NCBI GenBank assembly: GCA_963707915.1
Contig: OY970178.1
Coordinates: forward strand, 1,664,001 to 1,728,000
DNA from: Candidatus Eiseniibacteriota bacterium
GTDB taxonomy: Bacteria > Eisenbacteria > RBG-16-71-46
DNA: 64,000 nucleotides
Direction: 5' to 3'
Below the pieces are notes generated by a model. That model did no database searches. It was not told where the DNA came from and saw only the letters and a list, made by a program, of their open reading frames with translations. Below are positions 39,227 to 49,195 of the stretch, one piece after another (position 1 is the stretch's first letter; every line of letters starts with the position of its first letter). The position numbers and the translations under genes are program-made.

Positions 39227-40580
39227 GCGGAGTCTCCCCGGTTCGGGACGGTCGCGAGGCCGGACAGCCGGTGCAGCTGCGCGAACGCCTCGTCCATGTC
39301 CGAGTGGTCGCTGGCGGTCTGCTGGAGAAAGGACCGCGTCTGCGTGCGCAGCGCGATCGCCCGGTCCACCATCGGGTCGGCGCCGGGCTTGTAGGCCCCG
39401 ACCGCGATCAGGTCCTCGTGCGAGTGGTGGGCGGCCTCGAGCTTCAGGAACTCGTTCGCGACCTCGAGGTTCCGGCTGCCGATGACCTGGTCGCGCACGC
39501 GGCTCACGCTCTCCAGGACGTCGATGGCCGGGAAGTGCTTGGCGTTGGCGAGCCGGCGCGACAGCACGATGTGGCCGTCGAGGATGGAGCGCGCCGCGTC
39601 GGCGATCGGCTCGTTGAAGTCGTCGCCCTCGACCAGCACGGTGTAGAGCCCGGTGATGCTGCCCTGCTTGGCCGTGCCGGCGCGCTCGAGCAGCCGGGGC
39701 AGCGCGGCGAAGACCGAGGGCGGGTAGCCCTTCGTGGTCGGCGGCTCGCCCACCGCCAGTCCGATCTCGCGCCAGGCCATGGCCACGCGCGTGACCGAGT
39801 CCATCATCAGCAGCACGTCGCGGCCGGTGTCGCGGAAGTACTCCGCGATGGTGGTGGCGACCAGCGCCCCGGTGGCCCGCACCACCGCCGCCTGGTCGCT
39901 GGTCGCGACCACGACCACCGAGCGGCGCAGCCCCTCGGGGCCGAGGTCGCGCTCGATGAACTCGCGCACTTCGCGTCCGCGCTCTCCGAGGAGCGCGATG
40001 ACGTTGACGTCGGCCGTGGTGTGACGCGCGATCATGCCCATCAGCACGCTCTTGCCGACGCCGCAGCCGGCCATGATGCCGATGCGCTGGCCCTTGCCCA
40101 GCGTGAGGAGCCCGTCGATGGCCCGCACGCCGGTGCCCAGCGGCTCGCTGGATGCGCGCACGCTCGAGCGGGTCGGGCGGGTTCGCGCTCAGCGCGCAGC
40201 GCCGGGTGGGCCCGAGCGGGCCCTTGCCGTCGATCGGGCGGCCGAGACCGTCGAGCACGCGGCCGACCAGGCGGTCGCTGGCGTTCGCGTACAGCGTGCG
40301 GCCGAGCGGGATGACGACCGCGCCCGGGTGGATGCCGTCGGTCTCGTCGAGCGGCATGAGCATGATGCCGCGCTCGTGGAAGCCCGACCACCTGGGCCAG
40401 GATGCCGTGGTGATCGTCGGGCGCGATGCGGCACACCTCGCCCACTCCCACCGGGAGCGGCGAGACCTCGACGACCTGCCCGATCACCCGCGTGACGCGG
40501 GCGCACGCCGTGAAGCGCGGCAGGGCCTCGACGTGGGCCAGCGCGTCCTCGAGCCAGGTGGTCAAGATGCGCTCACTCAT
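39223..40580 (-). CDS. fliI: export ATPase FliI (frameshifts near 40385 and 40150)
   Basis: GQRIGIMAGCGVGKS, GERGREVREF, MDSVTR, GEPPTTKGYPPS, DGHIVLSR. Confidence 0.96.
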
Positions 40581-41235
40581 ACTCGAGCCTCTCGTACAGG
40601 CTGCGCAGCGCGAAGTCAGTGCGGCCGTCCACGACGCGCAGGGGGCTCTCGACCACGAACCCGCCGCGCTCGATGGTCGGGTCGCCGAGCCACCGCACCG
40701 CGGTGCCCTTGCCGTCCTCCGCGGGCGCCGTCGGCCCGCCCTGCAGCACGGAGAGGTCGTCGGGGTGGAGCCGGACCTCGAGCTGGGGCTCCAGCGGCAC
40801 CAGCTCGAGCGCCCGTTCCACGAGCTCGCGCAGCAGCTCCGGGTCGGCCTTCACCTCGTGCTGGACGAGCTTGCGGGCGACGGCGAGCGCGAGGCCGTGC
40901 AGGTCGCGCGCCCGGTCGCGCACGAACGCGCTCTGCGCGGTGTGCAGGTACTCGCCCACGCGCCCGAGCGTCTCGAGCGCCACGCGCACGCGCTGCTCCG
41001 AGCGGCCGGCGCCGTCGCGCAACCCCTCGGCGTAGCCACGGTCGTAGGCCTCGTCGGCTTCGGTCCGGTGCGCCGCGCCGCCGGCGTCGGCCGGCGACCG
41101 GCCGTCCAGCTCCGGCAGCTCGAGTGCCCCGTCCTCCCGCCCGCCGAACGACGCGGCGATGACGGCCCACGGGCCGGCACCGCTCCCGAGCTCGGGCAGC
41201 ACGAGGGCCGACGGGGGCTCAGGCGATGATCTCAT
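40573..41235 (-). CDS. fliH: export protein FliH
   Basis: AYDRGYAEGLRDG (GxxxG), VRLHPDD, DPTIERGGFVVE...VDG. Confidence 0.9.
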   Translation of the reverse strand: MRSSPEPPSALVLPELGSGAGPWAVIAASFGGREDGALELPELDGRSPADAGGAAHRTEADEAYDRGYAEGLRDGAGRSEQRVRVALETLGRVGEYLHTAQSAFVRDRARDLHGLALAVARKLVQHEVKADPELLRELVERALELVPLEPQLEVRLHPDDLSVLQGGPTAPAEDGKGTAVRWLGDPTIERGGFVVESPLRVVDGRTDFALRSLYERLEYE

Positions 41236-42257
41236 CGTTGACCCCGTTCTTGCGGATCATGATCTCGCCGGACTGCTCGAGCGCGCGCACGACCTCGATG
41301 ATGTGGGTGTGGGCGGACTCGACGTCCCGGACACGCACCGGGCCCATGACCTCGATCTCCTCCTCCAGCGCGCCCGCCGCGCGTTCGGACATGTTCGTCG
41401 TGATGTGCTGCTTGAGGTCGTCGCTGGCCGCCTTGAGGGCGAGCGCCAGCTCCTTGGTGTCCACGTCGCGCAGGACCCGCTGGATGCCGCGCCCGTCGAT
41501 GAGCAGCAGGTCCTCGAAGACGAACATCAGGCGCCTGGATCTGGCCGGCGATGTCGGAGCTGCGCTGGCCGATGGCCTCCAGCAGCTGCTTCTCCAGCGA
41601 TCCCGGGGCGAAGTTCAGCAGCTTGGCGACCGCCTCCGGCCCGCCGCTCAGCGTCATCTCCTCGGTCAGCGTGAGGTCGGTCTTGCTGCTCAGCCCGGTC
41701 TCGACCAGCGCCAGCATCTCGGGCGAGATCTTGTCCATCCGCGCGACGCGGTAGAGCACGTCGCCGGCCAGATCGAGGTCCATGGCCTCGACCACCTTGG
41801 AGGCCTGGCGGACGTCGAGATGGGCGAGGATGAGCGCGATGGTCTGCGGGTGCTCGCCGCGCAGGATCCCGGCCAGCACCTCGGGCGCGGCCTTGCGCAG
41901 GCGCTTGAGCCCGGAGTCCACCATCTGCTCCTGGATCCGGTCGAGCACGGTCCGGGCGCGCGAGGCGCCCAGCGCCGTCTCGAGGATCTGCTGGGCGTAC
42001 TCGACGCCGCCCCGCGCCACCGACTCCACCGCCTTCGAGACGTGCTGGAACTCCTCCAGCACGGCCGTCACGACATCGCTGCCGACCGAGGGCATCGCGG
42101 CGATCTCGCGCGTGACCATCTCGACCTCGCCCGCGGAGAGCGTCTTGAGGACCCGCGCCGCGCTCTCGCTGCCCAGGGCCATGCAGAGCACGGCGCCCTT
42201 CTGGGCACCGGTCAGGGCCTCGTTGGCCTTCGAGCGGAGGTTGACCGGCTTGGCCAT
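41219..42257 (-). CDS. fliG: rotor protein FliG (frameshift near 41535)
   Basis: LTGAQKGAVL, GGVEYA, EHPQTIALILAHL, MFVFEDL, NMSERA, GPVRVRDVE. Confidence 0.96.
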
Positions 42258-43729
42258 CAGTTCTCCGACAGCCAGGCGCGCAGCACCTGGGCCATGGTCT
42301 CGGGCCGCTCAGCGGTCTCGGCCTGGAGGCGGTTGCGCAGCTGCGCCGCCGGCGAGTTGGCGGCCGGCGCGGGCAGCAACGGGCCCTCGAAGCCGGCGAC
42401 CACTTCGGTCACCGCCGGGGCGGCGCCCCGGGGAGCGCCCATCATGCGCACGGCCTGCAGCGCGATGATGGCCAGGATGACGATGGCGACGAGGTTCACG
42501 GCCGGACGCCCGTAACGCTCGACCATCTGCATCGGCTCGACCTTGGGCTTGTCCTGCGAGGAGGTGCCGCCCGGCGGGAGCGGGAGCGTCGCCTGCTCGA
42601 ACGGCACGGCCATGACGGTGACGCGGTCGCCGCGCGTGCTGTCGGCACCGACCGCGTCCCGGACCATCCCCTCGATGCTCTCGAGGCGCACGGTCGGCGT
42701 GGCGCGCAGGGCCTTCTCGTCCACCAGCACCGCGATCGTGAGGCGCGTCACGGTGCCGACCGCACCCTCGCGCTTCTCGGTGCGGCGGGAGTTCTGGTAG
42801 GCGTTGCTGACGACGGTCTGCGTGCCCGCGGCGTCGGCCCCGGCCCCGGTCTCGCTGCGCTGCTCGGTCTGGAGCACCTGCCCGTCCGGGTCGAAGGTCT
42901 CCACGGTCTCGTCCACCTGGTCGAAGCTGAGCTGGGCGGCGACCTGGGCGCGCGTCCGGCCCGCGCCGAGGACCGTGCCGAGCAGGCCCTCGATCTTCTC
43001 GGTGAGGCGTCCCTCGGTGGTCCGCTGGTACTCGAGCTGGCGCGACGTCAGCCCCGCGATCGAGCCGGCGGCGGACGGCACCGAGAGCACGCGCCCGGCG
43101 TCGTCCATCACGGCGACGTTGTCGCTCGAGAGCTGCTCGACGCTGTTGCTGACGATGTAGGTGATCCCCTGCACGGCGTCGGGCGAGAGCACCGCGCCGG
43201 CCTTGAGCTTGAGCACCACCGAGGCGCCCGCGGGCCGCTCGAGCCGCCGCAACGGGCTGCTGGTGGACATCACCAGGTGCACCTGCGCGCGCTCGATGCC
43301 CTGCAGGCCGCCGATGGTGCGCGCCAGCTCGCCCTCGAGGGCCCGCTGGAAGGTCACCCGCTGGGTGAAGTCGGTCATGCCCCACGACGGCTTGTCGAAG
43401 AGCTCGAGGCCCGGGCGGCCGTTCTGGGGCAGCCCGTCCTTGGCGAGCGTGACGCGCGCGCGCGCCGCGTCCGCGACCGGCACCAGCACTTCCGTGCCCC
43501 CGGCCTCCAGCCGGTACGGGATACCGCCCTTGCCCAGGCGTTCCACCATGGTCCCGGCCTCGTTGAGCTCGAGGTCGCGGTAGAGGGTCATGTAGGTCGG
43601 AGCCGAGATCCAGCGGCTCGCGTACCACACGCCGGCGACCAGCACGACGGCCGCGCCGAGCGCGAGGAAGCGCCGGTTGCCGCGGAGACCGCCGGCCGGG
43701 CGTGACGGGGTGGAGGACTTGTCGCTCAT
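42257..43729 (-). CDS. fliF: MS-ring protein FliF
   Basis: GLELFDKPSWGMTDF, FQRALEGELARTI, AQVHLV, ASVVLKL, RGDRVTV, AQVLRAWL. Confidence 0.97.
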   Translation of the reverse strand: MSDKSSTPSRPAGGLRGNRRFLALGAAVVLVAGVWYASRWISAPTYMTLYRDLELNEAGTMVERLGKGGIPYRLEAGGTEVLVPVADAARARVTLAKDGLPQNGRPGLELFDKPSWGMTDFTQRVTFQRALEGELARTIGGLQGIERAQVHLVMSTSSPLRRLERPAGASVVLKLKAGAVLSPDAVQGITYIVSNSVEQLSSDNVAVMDDAGRVLSVPSAAGSIAGLTSRQLEYQRTTEGRLTEKIEGLLGTVLGAGRTRAQVAAQLSFDQVDETVETFDPDGQVLQTEQRSETGAGADAAGTQTVVSNAYQNSRRTEKREGAVGTVTRLTIAVLVDEKALRATPTVRLESIEGMVRDAVGADSTRGDRVTVMAVPFEQATLPLPPGGTSSQDKPKVEPMQMVERYGRPAVNLVAIVILAIIALQAVRMMGAPRGAAPAVTEVVAGFEGPLLPAPAANSPAAQLRNRLQAETAERPETMAQVLRAWLSEN

Positions 43730-43745
43730 CGGGGCCGTCCGTGGC

Positions 43746-44045
43746 TCATGACATGTTCATCACCGAGCGGTACGCCTCGGTGAGCTTGTTGCGGATCTCG
43801 ACCAGCAGCTCGAGGGAGATGGACGCCTCCTCGCTCGCTGCCATGACCTGGTGCAGCTCGACCGGCTCGCCGCGCAGGAACGCCCCGATCAGGTCCTGGG
43901 CCTCGCCCTGCAGCGAAGACGCGTCGTTGATCGCGCGCTTGAAGACGTCGCCGAAGGACGGCCCGCTCTCCTCGGTGGAGACGGCCTGGCGCGCCTTCTC
44001 GATCGCACTGCCGATAACCGACGAACGGGCTCCGATGGGGTCCAC
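43746..44045 (-). CDS. fliE: FliE
   Basis: SFGDVF...ELHQVMAASEEASISLELLVEIRNKLTEAYRSVMNM. Confidence 0.95.
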   Translation of the reverse strand: MDPIGARSSVIGSAIEKARQAVSTEESGPSFGDVFKRAINDASSLQGEAQDLIGAFLRGEPVELHQVMAASEEASISLELLVEIRNKLTEAYRSVMNMS

Positions 44046-44048
44046 GGC

Positions 44049-44309
44049 TCAGCCCTTCACGTCGACGCGCTGGCCGAGCGGGCCGGGCGCCGCGCCGGGG
44101 CGCGCGGTGCGCGGCCCGTAGGTGAGCGGACCGAGCGCGCTCTGCTGGGCGAAGAACTCGCGCTCCTCGGCCGTCAGCAGGTCGAGGAACGAGGACTCCT
44201 GCGCCACCGGGGCGGGCGCGCCCGTCCGCGGCGCCGGCACCGCCGGGCGGACCGGCAGGTGCACCGGCCCGATGCGATCGAAGGGGGAAGCGGGACCCTG
44301 GACGTTCAT
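44049..44309 (-). CDS. hypothetical protein between flgC and fliE
   Basis: Fills the gap exactly; FLDLLTAEEREFFAQQSALGPLTYG...LGQRVDVKG. Confidence 0.75.
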   Translation of the reverse strand: MNVQGPASPFDRIGPVHLPVRPAVPAPRTGAPAPVAQESSFLDLLTAEEREFFAQQSALGPLTYGPRTARPGAAPGPLGQRVDVKG

Positions 44310-44322
44310 GTCGGCCTCGTCG

Positions 44323-44742
44323 TCAGATGTCGATGGCGCGCCGCAGCATGCTCTTCGCGGCCTGGAATACGCTGACGTTCGCTTCGTGCACGCGGCGGGC
44401 CAGCATCAGGTCCACCATCTCCGCGTTCACGTCCACGTTGGGATACTCGACGAAGCCGTCGGCGTTGGCGTCGGGGTGTCCCGGGTCGTAGACCAGGCGG
44501 CCCGGCGTCGGATCGGTGACCGTCGCAGCCTCCGCGCCGTCGGGGCCCGCGCCGGCGACCGCGACCTGCCGGCGGTAGGCGCCGCCCTCGGGGACGCGCG
44601 TGGTCTCGGCGTTCGCGATGTTCGTGGCGATGGTCTCCAGGAAGCGCTGCTGGATCCCCATCCCGCGCGCACTCGTCTCCAGCGGTCCGAACAGGTGGCG
44701 GACGGGCCGCGGCCAGAGCGGGAAGGAAGGGATGCTAGCCAC
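44323..44742 (-). CDS. flgC: rod protein FlgC
   Basis: IATNIANAETTR...YRRQ...YDPGHPDANADGFVEYPNVD...EM. Confidence 0.96.
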   Translation of the reverse strand: MASIPSFPLWPRPVRHLFGPLETSARGMGIQQRFLETIATNIANAETTRVPEGGAYRRQVAVAGAGPDGAEAATVTDPTPGRLVYDPGHPDANADGFVEYPNVDVNAEMVDLMLARRVHEANVSVFQAAKSMLRRAIDI

Positions 44743-45028
44743 GGAGTGCCGACCGGAGTTGCTGGTAGGCGGCCTTGAGCAGCTTCGCGTCGGCCTCGTA
44801 GCGCAACTGCGTGTCGGCCAGCGCGGTCATGTCGTTCTCGAGGTCCGCTTCGCTGACCCGATCCTTCCCGCTCTGCGCGGCGAGCGCGTCGGGGAAGTCC
44901 ACGCTCGAGCTGGCCTGGAGCGCCCCGGCCACGCGCTGCGCGATCGCGCGGTGCGTCGCGCTCGTCTCCTCGAGTCCGCCGCGCAGCATGCTGGTGAGGG
45001 TCGAAGGACCAAACAGGGCTTTGAGCAT
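44735..45028 (-). CDS. flgB: divergent short rod protein FlgB
   Basis: First gene of the operon, before flgC; DLENDMTALADTQLRYEA; GAGGAGG RBS. Confidence 0.75.
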   Translation of the reverse strand: MLKALFGPSTLTSMLRGGLEETSATHRAIAQRVAGALQASSSVDFPDALAAQSGKDRVSEADLENDMTALADTQLRYEADAKLLKAAYQQLRSALRG

Positions 45029-45067
45029 CGTTCCTCCTCTTCGATGGGAGCAGCGAGCCGGGAATGA

Positions 45068-45082
45068 GCAACCTGTGTGCCG
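45068..45082 (-). promoter_or_regulatory. sigma-54 promoter of the flgB operon
   Basis: CGGCACACAGGTTGC. Confidence 0.85.
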
Positions 45083-45214
45083 CGACTGCCGGGGGGCGGA
45101 CTGCCGGGCGTCGCGAAGGGGGCGAACCGGAGGACCCGGAGGGAGTTGCACCCGGCGCGGCGGCCGCGACGGAGGTCCCGCGGAAGCGGCGCGGCGCGGC
45201 CGCGCGGGGCCGTT

Positions 45215-45229
45215 CGGCAGAAACTGCCG
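45215..45229. promoter_or_regulatory. putative enhancer palindrome for the sigma-54 activator
   Basis: CGGCAG-AAA-CTGCCG about 140 bp upstream of the flgB -24 box; related sites at 23464, 34390 and 49587. Confidence 0.55.
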
Positions 45230-45321
45230 CAGGGGCCCGGATGGGCTTTCCGGTCGTCGCGACCGGCGTCAGCCCGGCGCGGCGCGGGGTCCCGTGCGCC
45301 GCGTTCCCGCCCCGACCTGGG

Positions 45322-46688
45322 CTACTCCTCCACCGCCCTGGCGCCGGGCCGGAGCTTGTTGCGCAGCGTGCGCTCGCTGATGCCGAGCAGTTCGGCCGCG
45401 CGCGTGCGGTGGCCGCCGGTCGCCGCGAGCGCGCGCTCGATGGCGATCTGCTCGAGCTCCTTCAGGTTGATCGGCGCCGCCGCGGCGTCCCGCGCCGGCG
45501 CGGGGGCCTCGGGTCGGAACCGACCCCCGGGACCTCCCTCAAGGCCGCGGGCAGGAGCTGGCCGCTGCGGCACAGGATGACCGCGCGCTCGATGACGTTG
45601 GCGAGCTCGCGGATGTTCCCCGGCCAGGACCGTCGCTGCAGCAGCTCAAGACTCTCGGGCGGGACCTCCGGCGGCCTGACCCCGAGCGCGGCCGCGGCGT
45701 TGCGGACGAAGTGCTCGGTGAGCAGCGGGACGTCCTCGAGCCGCTCGCGCAGCGGCGGCGTGCGGATGGGCATCACGCTGAGGCGGTAGTAGAGATCCCG
45801 GCGGAAGCGGTTCGCCCGGATCTCCGCGAGCAGGTCCCGGTTGGTGGTGGCCACGATGCGAACGTCCACCTTCAGGAGCTGATGCCCGCCGACGCGCTCG
45901 ATCTCCTGCTCCTGGATCGCGCGGAGCAGTTTCGGCTGCAGGTCCAGCCGCATCTCCGAGATCTCGTCCAGCAGCAACGTGCCCCGGTGGGCGCGCTCGA
46001 AGGCGCCGTGGGCGCGCGTGTTCGCACCGGTGAAGGCGCCGCGCTCGTGGCCGAACAGGGCGCTCTCCACCAGGCCCTCCGGCAGGGCCGCGCAGTTGAC
46101 GGTCACGAACGGCTGGTCGCGGCGCGGGCTCTGGTCGTGCAGGGCGCGGGCGAACAACTCCTTGCCGGTGCCCGACTCCCCTTCGAGCAGGACGGTGGCC
46201 CGGGTCGGCGCCACGGCGGCAATCGTTTCCATGACCGCCCGCAGGGCCTCGCTCTCCCCCACGATGGTCCGGGGGCCCCGCAGGGAGCTCAACTCGCGCC
46301 GGAACTCGTCGTTCTCCCGGCGTAAGCGGTTGACCTCGAGCGCGTTGGTCACCGCGATGCGCAGCGTCTCCTGGCGCAGGGGCTTGGTCAGGTAGTCCAC
46401 GGCGCCGTGCCGCATCGAAAGCACGGCATGCTCGATGCTTGAGTAGCCGGTCATGATGATGACCGGGACCTCGCTCCCCTGCTGGCGGAGAGCCTCCAGG
46501 AGGTCGAGACCCGTGGCATCGGGCATCCGGTAGTCGGAGAGGATGAGGTCGGCGGGCTGCTGGGCGAGCAGCTTCAATCCCTCGTTCACGCTGCTCGCCA
46601 GGACGGCCTGGTGGCCGAATTCGGCCAGCGAGTGCTCGAGGGTGACGCCGACGGAGGGCTCGTCGTCGATGCAAAGGATCGTGGACAT
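45322..46688 (-). CDS. sigma-54-dependent response regulator (NtrC family, FlbD/FleR-like; frameshift near 45520)
   Basis: REC (ILSDYRMP), GESGTGKE, GAFTGA, LLLDEI, WPGNIREL; Fis HTH GHRTRAAELLGISERTLRNKL in the shifted frame. Confidence 0.93.
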
Positions 46689-46711
46689 GGTCCTCTCGGG
46701 TCTGGACGGGC

Positions 46712-46738
46712 TCAATCCGCACCGAATCTAACCGATAC
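46712..46738 (+). promoter_or_regulatory. sigma-28 promoter of flgL
   Basis: TCAA-N15-ACCGATAC. Confidence 0.8.
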
Positions 46739-46776
46739 TGGAAGCACTGTCACTATCTTCATCTCCAGGGGAACCC

Positions 46777-47643
46777 ATGCGAATCTCGACCCGGATGCTC
46801 CAGGAAAGCGCGCTCCGCTCCATCCGCGGGAACCAGGAGACGCTCGCCCGCCTGCAGGAACAGGCCGCGACCGGCCGCCGCATCCGCACGGTCTCGGACG
46901 ACCCGAGCGCCGCCACGAAGATCATGCGCTCGGAGGCCGAGGCCCGCGACTTCGACCAGCTCCGGCTCAACGGCGTCGAGGCCTCGACCCGCATGGGCAC
47001 CGAGGACGTGGTGCTGACCAGCGCCCGCAACCTGCTCAAGCAGGCGGCCGGCCTGGCCGTCGGCGTGGCCGGCCGGGACGCGGCGGATCCCCAGCGGCAG
47101 GCGATGGCCGCGGCCATCGGGCAGCTGCGCGAGGAGCTGGTGGCGTACGGGAACACCCGCGTCGGCAACGAGTACATCTTCGGCGGCGCATCCACCGCCA
47201 CCCCGCCGTTCCAGGCGGACGGCACCTACGTCGGCGACGACGTCGTGCGCCAGATCGAGATCGACCGCGGCGTCTTCATGCCGACGAACCACAGCGGGGA
47301 CGACGTCTTCTCGAGCGCCCTGCAGGGGCTCGCCGACCTCGAGCAGGAGCTGCGGACCGGGGACCAGGCGTCCATCAACGCGGCCATGAACGATCTCGCG
47401 TCGGCCGGGGACCAGTTGGTGCTGGCCCAGTCCGAGACCGGCACCCGCCTCCAGCAGGTCGCGGCCACGACCACCAGCCTGGCCGAGCGCACGGCGAACC
47501 TGCTCGACCAGCGCGACACGCTGCGCGACGTGGATCCGGCGGAGGCCTCGGTCAAGGTCATCATGGCCCAGACCGCACTCGAACGCGCCTACGCGGCGAT
47601 CGGCAAGGTCATGTCCACGAACCTGCTGGACTACCTGCGCTGA
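46777..47643 (+). CDS. flgL: hook-associated protein FlgL
   Basis: MRIST, ATGRRI..VSDDP, GNEYIFGG..T.TPPF, DVDPAE, NLLDYLR. Confidence 0.94.
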   Translation: MRISTRMLQESALRSIRGNQETLARLQEQAATGRRIRTVSDDPSAATKIMRSEAEARDFDQLRLNGVEASTRMGTEDVVLTSARNLLKQAAGLAVGVAGRDAADPQRQAMAAAIGQLREELVAYGNTRVGNEYIFGGASTATPPFQADGTYVGDDVVRQIEIDRGVFMPTNHSGDDVFSSALQGLADLEQELRTGDQASINAAMNDLASAGDQLVLAQSETGTRLQQVAATTTSLAERTANLLDQRDTLRDVDPAEASVKVIMAQTALERAYAAIGKVMSTNLLDYLR

Positions 47644-47652
47644 TCCGGAAGG

Positions 47653-47673
47653 GCCGCCCGCCGGGGCGGTTTT
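47653..47673 (+). terminator. possible intrinsic terminator after flgL
   Basis: CCGCCC-GCCG-GGGCGG hairpin followed by TTTT. Confidence 0.5.
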
Positions 47674-47746
47674 CCCCACGGCATTGCATCTCGCAACCCC
47701 GCCCCGCGCTTCGGGGTAGCCCGGCGCGGCCCCGGCTCCCGGGGCC

Positions 47747-47773
47747 TCAAGTTCCCGTCCGGCGCACCGAAAC
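47747..47773 (+). promoter_or_regulatory. sigma-28 promoter of flagellin
   Basis: TCAA-N15-ACCGAAAC. Confidence 0.75.
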
Positions 47774-47851
47774 TTCGTGGTGTCGGCACTGGGCCGGCAC
47801 CGGGCAGAAGGCCCGTCGGACTCCTCAGACCCTAGAAAGGGGTATGGGAAC

Positions 47852-48664
47852 ATGGCTATCAATGACATCACCCTCGCCGGCGGAATGCGCGGGAACCTCG
47901 TCAACCTCCAGCTCATCTCGGCGCTGCAGTCGCGCACGACCGAGCGGCTCGCGACGGGCAAGCGCGTCAACACGGCAGTGGACGACCCGGCGGCCTACTT
48001 CGCCGCGGCTGCCCACCGCAGTCGTGCCGGTGACCTCGCCGCCCGCAAGGATGCGATGGGCGAGGCGATCCAGGCCGTCAAGGCCGCGTCCCAGGGCATC
48101 GACGCCATCACCAAGCTGATCGAGCAGGCCAAGGGTCTCACCGCGGCTGCCCGCAGCGCGAGCACGGCGGACGCTGCCACGCTGGCCACCCAGTTCGACG
48201 AGCTCATGACGCAGGTCGACCAGCTCGCGACGGATGCCGGCTACAAGGGCACCAACTTCCTCGACAGCGCCGACCTGGTGGTGGACTTCAACGAGGACGC
48301 CTCTTCGTCCTTGACGATCACCGGTTTCGACGCCAGCTCCAGCGGTCTCGGCATCGACGCCGCGGCGAACAGCTGGGCGGCTTCGACCGACGTCGACGCG
48401 GCGGTGGAAGACCTCGACGCGGCTCTCAGCACCCTGCGCACCAGCGGCAAGACGCTGGCTTCGAGCTCGGGCGTGGTCACGACTCGGCAGGAGTTCACGA
48501 CCAACCTCATCAACACGCTGACGACAGGGGCCGACGCACTGACGGCGGCGGACACGAACGAGGAAGGCGCGAACATGCTGGCCCTGCAGACCCGGCAGCA
48601 GCTCGGCGTCGTCGCGCTGCAGCTGTCGAACCAGGCGCAGCAGAGCATCCTCCGGCTGTTTTAG
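47852..48664 (+). CDS. fliC: flagellin, alphaproteobacterial type (270 aa)
   Basis: DITLAGGMRGNLVNLQ...RLATGKRVNTAVDDP, DAGYKG.N.L, V.FNED, ADTNEEGANMLALQTRQQL...QSILRLF. Confidence 0.95.
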   Translation: MAINDITLAGGMRGNLVNLQLISALQSRTTERLATGKRVNTAVDDPAAYFAAAAHRSRAGDLAARKDAMGEAIQAVKAASQGIDAITKLIEQAKGLTAAARSASTADAATLATQFDELMTQVDQLATDAGYKGTNFLDSADLVVDFNEDASSSLTITGFDASSSGLGIDAAANSWAASTDVDAAVEDLDAALSTLRTSGKTLASSSGVVTTRQEFTTNLINTLTTGADALTAADTNEEGANMLALQTRQQLGVVALQLSNQAQQSILRLF

Positions 48665-48689
48665 TCCGGATGAGATGAAGGTCCGGGAC

Positions 48690-48717
48690 GGGGCGGCGGG
48701 TGAAGACCCGCCGCCCC
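48690..48717 (+). terminator. 12-bp hairpin after flagellin (no U-tract)
   Basis: GGGGCGGCGGGT-GAAG-ACCCGCCGCCCC. Confidence 0.55.
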
Positions 48718-48805
48718 CATCGGGCGCCCGCAGCGAATGAACCGTGGGGACCGGGGCTCGTTCTCCGTCCGCCCGTCCCGCCACCAGCAACCCTGAAGGA
48801 CTTCC

Positions 48806-49195
48806 ATGGCTCTCCGACTCACCCTCAGGCCCCACGAGCGTGTCATCGTCGGCGGCGCCGTCATCCGCAACAGCGAGTCGCGTTGCGAGCTGCTGATCGA
48901 GAACGAAGTCCCCGTGCTCCGGGAGCCCGACATCCTGAGTCCGAACGCCGTCCGCACGCCTTGCGAGCGGATCTACCTGGCGCTCCAGCTCATGTACGTG
49001 GACCAGGAGCGCTCGGCCCAGCACCAGGTGACCTACGAGGAACTGGTCTCCGAGGTGCTGCAGGCCGCCCCCAGCCTGGCCCCCTCGCTGCAGGCGATCG
49101 AGGAACAGGTCGGCGCGGGCCGCATCTACCAGGCGCTCAAGGGCGCCCACGGGCTGCTTCACCTCGAGCGCGAGCTGGTGCCCGATGTTCAATAG
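48806..49195 (+). CDS. flbT: flagellin translational regulator FlbT
   Basis: MALRLTLRPHERVIVGGAVIRN...VLREPDIL...TPCERIYLALQLMY...YQALK..L...E. Confidence 0.93.
   Translation: MALRLTLRPHERVIVGGAVIRNSESRCELLIENEVPVLREPDILSPNAVRTPCERIYLALQLMYVDQERSAQHQVTYEELVSEVLQAAPSLAPSLQAIEEQVGAGRIYQALKGAHGLLHLERELVPDVQ

Noticed and set aside
21084..46688. Programmed frameshifting or phase variation at the broken flagellar genes
   Set aside because: No slippery heptamers or long homopolymers occur at the break points, and too many independent essential genes are affected.
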